NCBI RefSeq assembly: GCF_009914755.1
Contig: NC_060927.1
DNA from: the human T2T-CHM13v2.0 reference genome, Homo sapiens
Direction: 5' to 3' (one strand)
Length of the DNA stretch: 64,000 nt
Shown here: one piece after another, positions 15,333 through 26,399 of the stretch
Layout of the letters: each line of letters starts with the position of its first letter
How positions within the stretch are numbered: position 1 is the first letter of the stretch
Notes under the pieces: generated by a model
Seen by the model: only the letters and a program-made list of their open reading frames with translations
Database searches by the model: none
What the model was told of the DNA's origin: nothing
Made by a program: the position numbers and the translations under genes

Positions 15333-18300
15333 GCTTATAAATGAAGGATGATCCTTTCAATAGTAGTGTGGTGGATGGACTAGGATTGGGAAAGAAGATT
15401 AGTGTATTGAATAATTAGAAATTTTAGTAATACATTATGAGGGAACTAATGAGGGCCTTCCATAAGAAAGTAGCTGATAAAAGCAGATACAACCTTGTAT
15501 GGCAAAGACAGGCAAAATCTCTGGTTCCCTGCCTAAGCCTGGTGTACCACACCAACGCCTGACACCAAACAGGCAGACTGTGAAGTTTTATTATTTGCAA
15601 ACAAACACTTGTGAATAATGCGTAGCTTCTATTTTGTGATGCTGAATGAATTGGTGATGCCTTTCCCAAGGCCAAAAACAAAGCTTGTGTAAAATAGTAG
15701 TGAGGAAAAAAGGAAGACAAGTTCCACTTTTGTTTTGCTAAATTCGGTATATGTCTCCAGGATAAAATAATGTCTGTATTCAACAAATATCTGGAAATAA
15801 ATACGAGTTCTAGAATAAGGGAAAGAAGGAAAAACCATCTACAAGAGATGAAGTTTCATTGCAATTTTTATAGGACAGATGATGTAAAGGGTTGGTTTTC
15901 TGTTAGGAAGAAATTAATTGTTCACTTTCTGAATGAACATCGGCAATTTCTAGCTGTTAGAAAGTGAAGTCATATTTCTAAAGAGGCACTGTCACAAAGA
16001 TACATTTGGAAGCCTTCAAATATCTTTTTGTTCTTTTAAAATTAGCATTTTGGCTTTTCCATTCATAAGGCAGCCAGTGATCAGAAAGTAATTTCTTTCT
16101 TCTTTGGAAAGAAAACCTTTGCCCTAAGAAAAATGGCATCTCTTCCTCAAGATTAGCCCCCAAAATATTAAACTTGGGGTAAAGCAGCCAATTCTGTTCA
16201 TGGTTATGACCAAAAAAGAAAATGGAGAGTTTATTTTCTTAAAGGCTGCTCAAGTTCAAAAATTTGTGTTTGATCCCTCAAAATTCATTTCATGTTGAAT
16301 ATGTTACCTGAACTTAAGTTGAGTTTACAATATTTTTCAAAAAATACTATAACAACAAAACATTTATTTTGATATAAAATTATGTTTCTTATATTGTTAC
16401 TTTATTTTATTTGAACCTAATAGTTAACTCGCAAATTGCATATCTTGCTCAAAAATAAGCTATTTCTTTAGGCCTACATAAAACATTAAATGAGAACACG
16501 ACAAAACTAACTGATTCTGGGATTACATAAACATCCCCTAATCTTAATATTAAATTCATTTCTTTTAGGAATACATTGCAAAAATTAGGGAAGAAAGGTT
16601 TTGAATTACTTTCCAGTATGAAATAGTAAGGTCTTTTAAATGTATGGATAATCAGTAAAATCATTTTATTAGTCATGTTTCTGCTTCCTTGGCAGAAAAC
16701 ATTCCAGCTTGACTCCACAAACCAGCATAACCAAGTTTGTTATAGTAAATAATTAATCTGTACGTATTGGTTGATGTTTCATTTCAGCATCCTTGAAACA
16801 TTCCATGGAACTTTCATATTTCCAATAAACAACTTCAATCAGTAATAATATGCTTGGGTAAAACAAAGAAAATGTGGTTATTTCTTTCCAATTATAAAGC
16901 TAAGTTTTAGAAAACAGACATCAGAGAAGGGGTACCACAGATCTATTTTTAATATTCAATACAAGTTAGAGCTCATATTTTATTTTGGTCCAGGATTAAG
17001 AAAAAAATTTGTTTGGAGATAGTATTTTACTTCAGCATTTCCACATTGAGTCTTTTCTATTTCTCATTGTTTGTGATGCTTTTAAATCAAGGGCACTTTG
17101 TTTTTTAGCTCACATCTGCTCCCCCCTTGTTCTGGTCAGACTTTCAACACGTAGTTGCTCTGAGATTGTTCAGGAGATCTCAGACAGGATCACCACGACC
17201 TTACCTGAGAGTGGTCAAAAAAGGAGCAGATGCGTGTTGTGAAGATTAAGCTTATGTTTATCTGACAAATGACCTTAAAGATAAAACGCAGAAAGCAAAA
17301 CTCACAAATGTGGTTGATGCAGAGCAACGAGACAATGTTGTGGCAATTATTTTTAAATAACTTATTAAACTTTATAAAATGAAAAGATTTTTTTAATGGC
17401 AAACATAGGTCTTTAAGGAACCACAGAGTGCAGTTATTGAATTAAAATATTGACGTGAACATATTTTTCAAATATGCTTCAAATGGTAAGTATCTGCCAT
17501 CACAAATATTCAATGTTTTTAAAAATGCTAATATATTTAGGTATAGGTCAAGAAAATTACTAGGATTAGGTATTTGCTACTAGCAAAGCAATGCCATTTT
17601 TCCTAGCTATTGCTTTTTCTATTGAGTAAATTATTGAAATAATTGTTTGAGTTTATATTTTACTCATAGTTGAGGCTAGAATAGTAACGCCAGTGTATTG
17701 ATAGAGTTGATTTGTTTTTGAATTATAGATCTGATAATAGAAACAGCCCTAGAGGTGAGTCCCTGATGACATCTCAAAATGGTTGTTTAATTTTCCATAT
17801 TAGAGGAGTATTATGATAGAACAACAAACAGAGCTGCTTTCAGACAAGAAACATTTCATTTAAATTATTTTCTTTTTAGTTAATTTCTAATATATTTCTA
17901 ATATACTTACCTTATTTTACAGGAGATGCGGACATTAAGAAAGCTTTTCTTTATTTTTTGCCAAATGATAAAAAAATTAACACTCTTTTTTTAATCATAG
18001 ATATATATATTCCGTATGGTTGAAGTAGACACATTGAGGATTAGAGTTAGAAGTTATTTGCACTTAGCCAGGCAAATATTGACTGTAATTAAATGAGCAA
18101 AGATAATTTGAATGTACAGATAATTTCAACCAAAGAAGATGCCAAACTGGTCAGGTGATAAAGAAAAGTGTGGTGAGCTTGAAAGTTCCAAATATTTTTC
18201 ACCATCTTCTTCATATAAGACACATTTTCAGACTTGAAGTTCAGCTTTCTCAAAAATATTTGAAATACTGTTGATGTGCTGAACAGGAAATTTCGATGCA

Positions 18301-19727
18301 ACTTGCATCTGTGGACAACATCAGTGTCCCTAAAAATGCAAGAAATGATCTTGGTCAGTATAGCCTTAAATAATCCATTTAATGAAAGAAAAGTTGTTTT
18401 GTTTGGTTTTCTCAATCTTTGGGTAGCCTTTTAAAATCATATCATTTTCAGATCTCCAAAAAGCCATTATTATCATGTCCCTTTCATAGAACTAAAACAT
18501 ACATCTACAGGGAATGATGACCTTCTCATGAATTAGTGGCTTTAGGCATTATAATATATATTTTAAAAAAAAAGAGTTGGAGTGGCTAGCAAAAAACATG
18601 CAGACATTTCATAGGATTTTTTTCCCCTTTCCACTTCAATGCATTTATTTGAAAACTGCTTATTTGCCTGAATTTGCCCTGCTGGCAAAATTTTTCTACC
18701 AGATAGCTACTTTTTATTGTTGATGCACATCATGAATAGCAGCTTTATTTGATGGCAAATGAGATGCCCCAAGTTGCAAGCTTTCCATAAACATATCTGA
18801 ATTGTTCAATTTCCTTCTCATTGTATAATTTCCACCCTGGCCCTTTGCCTGCTGATATTCCGATAAAGATTTCATTCAAGTAATTTTCAAAACTGTCCTA
18901 TGTTCTTTGCTATCATAAGTGGTAAGATTGCTCAATTCGTATTAGCTATAACACAAGTGCTGCACAGGTTTTTTATCAGATATTTCTAAAATCATTTCTT
19001 TGTCATGAATGGTAACGAGAATAATAAAATAATGCCTCCAGTTGGGTTTGCAAACACTGGTGGTTTACTAGCAATAGAATTAGTAGTAATATGAACGTGA
19101 AAAGTCACTTTTCTAAAGAACATATCTTAATGAATTATTTTGTTTCTTTTTCTTTCATGTCTCCTAACATGGATTTGAAAATTATGATTGCTGAATGATT
19201 CCAAATGACTTGGGCCTTTGTTTCTCAAATAGGTAAGTGATTCTTGTTCTTTGGTGTTCTTAGGAGTCCGTGGTTGTATTTTAAAATAAATATTCATTGC
19301 CAGTTTGCACTGTTGAATTTTCTGGCAAAATAGGGTAAAAATTGAACATAAGACAAATCATCATTTTCAGAAATATAATTCAGATCTTTTTCATTAGTTG
19401 GCACAGGAAACAGACTAACAAGAAGACCCAGTTTGAGTTGTACGTATTCATAGGAGCCATATGTTCAAAATCATTTAAGTCCTTTTTGCTGGCTAGCTTT
19501 TGTATTTTAAAGCAGCTTGGTCATATTTTGCCCATGAAGTTCTAGGTCACACTAGACTAGTTACTAATCATAATACTGTATGAATTACCCAGGTATAAGA
19601 AAGCATTTCATATGGCAGCCAGTAATGGCTTGATACAGAATAATTAGCTAACAATTTTCCTGATCTCAAAGATACTAGGCTGAAAAAAAGTTTAGCTTTA
19701 GGTTCTGTAGTATCGTCACTTGTAGAG

Positions 19728-20011
19728 CTGGGATCAACAAGCTAGTCTATGGGCCAAATCTGACCAACTATGAGTTAAGAATATTCTTTACATTTTTAAT
19801 GGCTGACAAAAAATCAAAAGAAAAATAATATTTCATAATGTGTGAAAATAATGTGAAATTCAAATTTTGGTGTTCAAAAGTATTGTTGGAACGTAGCCAT
19901 GCTTATCACTTTACATATTCTCTATTGCTGTTTTCATACCACAATTCTATGGCCCATGAATCCTAAAACATTTACATTCTGGCCCTTAACAGAACAAGTT
20001 TGCCGATTCCA
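19728..20011 (+). mobile_element. MER58B (hAT-Charlie MITE)
   Basis: GGGCCAAATC..GAGTTAAGAAT..TACATTTTTAA..GAAATTCAAATTT..TTGGAAC..CTGGCCCTT..AAGTTTGCCGA. Confidence 0.85.
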
Positions 20012-21654
20012 TTGTTTGAGTACTAGCATATAAGAGGTTAATTCCCCGAACCTCTTACTTTGGAGATTCTATTAGAGCAGAGGTGAAATCATTATATATC
20101 TGACCTTTTCTTAGTCACAAGGGAATCCACCATATCTAAAATGACCAGGTCAGAACAAATGGAAGAGCAAATCTTGACTGTAGATTTAAGTTTTCCTGAA
20201 ATAGTCTTTTACATAGTTATATTTCTCATACATTTTAAGCCCTACAACATTCAACCCATTAAGTCTAATGTATTTTACTGCCAGCAAGTCTTTGAGCTTG
20301 CCCACAGATATTCAGAGTCCCATAGTTGATGGGAACTGGGGAAGTGGCATTTTGTGGCTAGTGAAGCAGCAACATGTTGTATAATGAAAAGAAATATCCT
20401 CAAACTTTTCAATAGTTCTCAAGGCTCTGTTTCACCAAAGAGAATACTAACATTCTATAGAGACTGCCTGTTCTGAATTACATTTGACAGTGTTGGAAAA
20501 GTGTAATACTCATCACTGTAATCCAGCTTAGCATCTAAAACAACACAAGTAAGTACAGTTGTGCTTTGTGGAATAGATTTTGCAGAATTTTTCAGAGGCC
20601 ATGTGGAACATGAGTGGTTATATGCATATTCTAATTAAAAAAAAAACTTTAAAAATAATTATAAATATATTGTAGTTCTTTTCATGTTGGCATTTATCAG
20701 AAATAGATGCATTTGTAGTTTGAGAAAGAAAGAAATAAAAGAGAACAAAGAAAGCATATTCTTGGAATATTGCAAGAGAGAGCAATGTAGAAATTGCTGG
20801 ATATTAAGAATATGCATTAACTTCTAGGTTTAGGCCACTGGGAAATAAAGCTTCCGTGCGTGTATTTGATGTATAATGACAGGCACAAAGAAAAAGGCAA
20901 ACATACTATAGATATTCTAGTATGGTACAATTATACAGTATGTGTTCTAACCCTTTTCATGAAAATTTGACATTACTGCACCTCAGATAGAAGCAGCAGG
21001 AATCACCAGGGAAAGAACAGCTGGATGCTTTATTAGGTTTTATGTTGTACATAAGGAGACCATGTTTTCCATTGTCAGTGTGTAAAAGAAAATGAAAGCT
21101 CTGGGCATCATTAAAGTCTCGAAAGCGTAAGATGTGTCAGCTCCATTCTCTCAACACCTGGATTGAAAGTGCAGTGTGGGGTCACCGTAAAACAAAAACA
21201 GACCGTCTTCTCTGGTTGGAATTGCAAGAGTTGATTTTTAGAAATAAAATAATTCATAATTGTTGTAGAGAGAATTCTTCCTTTATAACTAGAGAGTTGC
21301 ATGTATGAACATAAACTTATATGTCTACCTGAAGACATTTTCTATAAACTGCGTCTGAATATCTTTTTCCTGCACCTTAAGGGGCGCTAGGAGGCTTCTT
21401 GGAGTCAGAGAGCTAGAAGACTCCCCATTTGCTGCCACTGTGGTATTGTCCTTTTGATGAACATTTCTCCCTGGCTTTTCATTTGCCTCCTTTTGTGGAA
21501 CCATTTTTGTTGGCATCCCCCACCCAACACACACATTATATTCTCATTGTGTCCCTTGTTGCAAGTACCTTTATGTTGGAGACCGTTTTACCTTATACCT
21601 TTATGTAATCCACAAAGCTTAGCACTGTGTTCCTCTTATTGTGGTTTAAAGTGC

Positions 21655-21854
21655 TGTATTAGTTGGCTCAGGCTAGTGTAACAGAATACCACAGGCTGGA
21701 TGGCGTAAGCCATGGAAATCTATTTCCTCACCGTCCTGGAGGCCGCAAGCCTGAGATTGAGGTACAGGCACGGTCAGGTTCTGGTAGGGTCTGTCTTCCT
21801 GGCTTGCAGATAGCTCCTTTTCTCTCTGTCTTCACATGACAAAGGGGATAGGTA

Positions 21855-21890
<36 letters not shown>

Positions 21891-22042
21891 ACTTTCTTAT
21901 AAGACCACAATCTTATTGGATAAGGATGCTGCTCTTATGACCTCATTTAGCCTTAATTATTGCCTAAAGATCCTATACAGTCACATTGGGGGTTAGGGCT
22001 TTAACATATAAATTTTGAGAGAATATAGTTCAGTCCAGAGCA
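21655..22042 (-). mobile_element. MLT1A/B solo LTR (ERVL-MaLR) with internal (GA)n
   Basis: TG...CA ends; CACATTGGGGGTTAGGGCTT; 5-bp TSD AGTGC/AGTAC. Confidence 0.88.
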
Positions 22043-22309
22043 AGTACCTTTGACACAAATTGAGTTACATAAGCAGAAGAGAGGACTGAATTTTTCTCTT
22101 CATCAAAATTTAAGAGCTCTTTGCCTATAGGCTTTGGCCACTTCTGTTTTCTCCAAGAGTTGCTCATATTAAATCTAGTAAATAATAAAAATGCGTTTCA
22201 AATATTAAAAGATGTTCTATGTTCTGGCGCTAATCTCTACTCTTAATTATCTTAAAAAACGTACAAGAAATTTACTATTGATTTTATTAATCGCTCATGA
22301 ACCCACTTA

Positions 22310-23045
22310 TTTACGTATTTAACATTGATAGGTTGCCCAACCATATGCAGGGGGATACAGACTAAGGGGCTTAGGATCTAAAGAATGTCCTGACAACATT
22401 GTACCCTTTAGGAACTCCTAGCTGGCAAGAAAGACAGTCTCAGAGCAATGTGTCAAGTGCTTAATATAATTTGCTCTTGAAATACAAATGAAGCAGTGCC
22501 CACAATCTTTAGTAAATTAGAGACTTCTCAATAATGATAGCATCTGATCATGAGATTGAGTTTGACAGTTGAAGAAATAAAGGGAGTAAACAAACACCAG
22601 GCAAAAAGAATGGCAAGTACAAACCAAACACATGGGTGAATGAGAGAGCTTTACTGCAGTCTGCAAACCACTTATGCTGAACAAAATGAAGAAAATACAA
22701 TGCTCTTAAATTTTGTTTGTTTGTTTGTTGAGCTCCTACTATGTGTCAGGTTCCAGGTTATATGAGTCAGCATAGAATGGAAAACAACAATAAGCTCCCT
22801 GTTCTTGAGCCAATTTTCAAAGGTGAGGAGATAATTAATAAATGATTAGTAAATAAGTGATCAAGAACTGTAAATGCAAAGAAGAATATAAACATGACCT
22901 TGATATAGCAGGATGGGCTACCGTGAGCCTCCTTTTATGGTCAGAGAGGTCCTCCTGAGAAGATGGTGAGAAGGAGATGTTTGATGTAAAATTGGAATGA
23001 CAAAAAAGAGTCAGCCATGTGAAGATCCAGGTATACAGAACAGCT
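22310..23045 (-). mobile_element. L2 fragments
   Basis: GAGCTCCTACTATGTGTCAGG...GGTCAGAGAGGTCCTCCTGAAGA..GAGTCAGCCATGTGAAGATC, typical antisense L2a 3' end. Confidence 0.65.
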
Positions 23046-23131
23046 TCTTTCATATATCAAAAATATTTTTTTCTTAAAATATATGACATATTAACCTTAC
23101 TTTAAAATATGCAAGAGGAAAAGTGGGAGGA

Positions 23132-23499
23132 TGCAATGGACTGAACATTTGTGTCCCACAAAATTCATGTGTTGAAATCCTAATCCCCAAGGTGATGGTG
23201 TTAGGAGGTAGAGCCTTTGGCAAGTGATTAGGCCATGAGGGCAGAGCCCTCATGAATGGGATTAGTGTCCTTATAAAAGAGGCCCAAGAAAGCTCTCTAG
23301 TCCCTTCTACCAGGTGAGGACACAGCAGAAACATGCCATCTGTGGGCCAGACAGTGGGCTCTTGCCATACTCCAAATTTGCCAGTGACTTGATTTGGATT
23401 TCCCAGCCACCAGAAGGTATAAGAGATGAATTTCTGTTGTTTATAATCTACCCAGTATAGGGTGTTTTTTTGTTATAGCAGCCCAAATGGACTGAAACA
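23132..23499 (+). mobile_element. MLT1A0 solo LTR within an L1ME 3'-end fragment
   Basis: TGCAATGGACTGAA..TGTTGAAATCCTAATCCCCAA..GTTATAGCAGCCCAAATGGACTGAAACA; TSD GAGGA/GAAGA. Confidence 0.9.
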
Positions 23500-23748
23500 G
23501 AAGATAAAAAATAGTAAGATCAGCAGTGGTAGAGCAGTAAGACATTGAATGGTTGTTAAAGATAGGTGATGAGTACTTAGGAATCTGTGAGAATTTTCTC
23601 TCATTTTATGTACCTTTGAAAATAATAATATTAAAAGTTTTTTTGGTCTCAAATGTTTTCTCCATGAACATACTGTTTCTTCTTGATATATTCCTTATTT
23701 ATTACACTAATATAAAGAACATTATGATAAATAATTCTTGAAGGGAAT

Positions 23749-24279
23749 TGCATTCCTTATCTACTTCAGCATGACAAATTACCCCAAAGCTTAGAGGCTC
23801 AAAACAACAATAAGCATGTATTAGCCCTTACAGTTTATGTGGGTCAATAATTTGTGGTTTTAGCTTGGGAAACACCCTTAAAAAAAACCGTAAAAACTCT
23901 TATGAGATTTGAGTTAAGATGTCAGCCAAAACTACAGTTATCGAAACTGGCTTGACTAGGTGAAGGATTTGCATCAAAGGTGGTTGACTCAGAATTGACT
24001 AGTTGATGATGTTGGTTGGTGGCAGGAGGCCTTAGCTCCTCCCTGCTGGGTGTCCCCACAGGGTTGCTTGTATGTCCTTAAAATATGGTGTCTGGCTTTT
24101 TCTGAAGCAATCCAAGAGAAGGTAGAAACATGGCAGACTTGGAAATCACACACCCTTACCACACATGATTGTATTGGTCATAGATGTCAGCTCCATTCAA
24201 GGTGAGAGGGGTCTACATGAGGACATGAATACCAGGAGATGGAGATAATTGGTGGACATATTGAAGGCTAGCTGCCACA
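23749..24279 (-). mobile_element. MLT1F/G-like LTR
   Basis: ACAAATTACCCCAAAGCTTAG..CAAAACAAC start; CATGAATACCAGGAG..GGCTAGCTGCCACA end. Confidence 0.75.
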
Positions 24280-24569
24280 GGGAGAAACAGTATATTTGGT
24301 ATTAAACAAATAATCTTGACATCATGCTCACTGAATTGATGCCCCCTCCCCAAAATAAATCCCTCATTAATTTGTTGTTTTCAACTCATAACTCACACAA
24401 CTATCTTTAAACCTCTGTATCTATATTTAGTTTGTAGGGTACACACTTATATAATGATGTCTTTCTTCTGATTAGGCACTTAAATTAGCTGTATTTAATG
24501 GAATAATGATATTAAATAACTTTGTAAATCAAAAGGTGAAAATATATGCCTAGAATAAATTATCAAGAC

Positions 24570-24935
24570 TTTGTCCAGTATAATGAGTGGTGATTATTTT
24601 CCAGTATACTCTTCAATTTATTACTGTAATAATCTTTTAAACCCATTAACAGTCAATTTGCTCTGTGATATTAAAATGTTAGCCACATTATTTGCCTGTT
24701 AATGTAGGTTAAATGTTAATTATGCTGTTGTATGGCGGCTAAGATGGTACATCCAGAAATTACACATAATATTGGTTGGTTCTTTGGCCGTCATACACTA
24801 ATGTGCTTCATTATTATTGTGCTAATTTTAGTAATTTTAGTACAAACTACATAATACTCTGTGTTACTAAAACAGAACTACCCATGATATATTGCTTGCA
24901 ACCAAACATTAGGCAATTTTGGCCCCATCATTTAG
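24570..24935. mobile_element. MER121 ancient conserved repeat
   Basis: Palindromic core CATTAACAG..CAA..TTGCCTGTTAATG plus ATAATATTGGTTGGTTCTTTGGC, GCTAATTTTAGTAATTTTAGTAC and TTGCTTGCAACC match my recollection of the MER121 consensus. Confidence 0.75.
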
Positions 24936-25265
24936 GAGTAGTTTACATGACTAAACAAGTAATGATTCTGTAACTCTCAAACTTGCATTTAGTGTATTTA
25001 GAATGAATTGCTTAGTATATTTTAAATATTTGTAGATCAAAATGTAATCCCTTTTAAAACAAATGTAAGTCATGATTTTTAAGCTAAATGTACATTTAAA
25101 CTTCATTAGTGTAGTGATTATAAATACAGCTATGATTATTCCTCCAGTTGTACTAATAATAGAATGGCATATCAACCTTCTCCCTGGGTCCAGTTTTATT
25201 ACTCCTCATTCTACTCTTACAACTATTTTAAAATAATACTTAGCAGTATTTTGAGAAATAGGGTT

Positions 25266-25876
25266 TGTTTTAGTAAACTATCACTGTGTAACTTGCTGTC
25301 ACAAACTTAGTGGCTTAAAACCACACTCATTTATTATTTTACATTTCTGTAGGTAAGAAGTTTAGGCTCAGCTACCTTTCTGCAGTAGGTTCACATTCCC
25401 GGAATCAAGGTGTTGGCCTTTCTAGAAATTCTACGGATGAATCTGCTTTTTAGCTCATCCAGGTTGTTGCAGGAATTCAGTGTTCTACAGTTGCAGGACT
25501 GAGATTCCCATCTTCTTGGTAGCTGTGGGCTGGGGTTAGTTCTCACCTTCTAGTGGCTGCCTGCATTCCTCATCGGATACCCACTTCCTCCATTTTCAAA
25601 GCCGGCAAAACGATCAAGTCCTTTTCAATCTTCGAATCTCTCTTAATTCCTTTCTCCTTTGTCCTTTCTCCCTTCTGGCAGAGAAGTTTCTCTCTTCTTA
25701 AGGGCCCATGTTATTAGATTGGGCCTACCTGTATAATTCAAGGAAATCTTCTTATTTTAAGGTCAGCTGGTAAGTAACCTTAATTCCAACTGCAGAGTCC
25801 CTTCACAGTAGTACCTGAGGGAGTAAATGTGGGAAAGAAATCTCCCAGCGATATCTTTGGAATTCTGCTTTCCACA
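25266..25876 (-). mobile_element. MLT1E-like LTR
   Basis: CACAAACTTAGTGGCTTAAAA..CCAGGTTGTT..GAATTCAG..TAAGGGCCCATG..GAATTCTGCTTTCCACA. Confidence 0.8.
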
Positions 25877-26399
25877 GTGTTGTTGTTTGATTAGAAATTT
25901 AGAGTAATGTAACCTGAGAGAGCCCACTCAGGAGAAGTTCCATTTAAGTTTAGTTCTCAGTGACACAAGGAATCATGGAAAGATCTGGAGAAAACCAGAA
26001 AAAGACCATGCTAATTGCAAGTACACCATAAAGCTGTAAGGTTCATATTTGATTTATTCAAAGGTTCATAAAGCAAAATAGATACCACTACTAACCAAAA
26101 CAATACGAATTAAATACCTCGCGTTCCAGACCTGAAATATTATAATATATATAAATAAATAAGCAGACATCATAATTTGCGCTTCCATGTTCTTAAAACA
26201 TTTTTGTAGCAATTTTCCCTCTTTCCTTCCCTCTTACCGTATAATTCCCATCAGCATAGGACTATAATGTTTATTTCTGCCAGAAAAAAATAGAAGAATC
26301 TATAGTGTGTCATATCTCCCCTTATCTCTCCCTATCTATATTTTCTGCTCATAATTTGTATTTTTTTCTTAAGCCACGTCTAAAATTCAGCTCCTTTTC

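Noticed and set aside
21371-21389. CTCF-like GGGGCGCTA
   Set aside because: The 5' half (CCACCAG) is poorly matched, including a normally conserved G
21325-21534. Hydrophilic minus-strand ORF resembling a coding exon
   Set aside because: Weak donor (CAG|GTAGAC), no clear acceptor, unrecognised peptide
25335-25360. TTTCTGTAG|GTAAGA recursive-site-like motif
   Set aside because: Lies within an MLT1E LTR where similar text is consensus-derived; much weaker case than 19232
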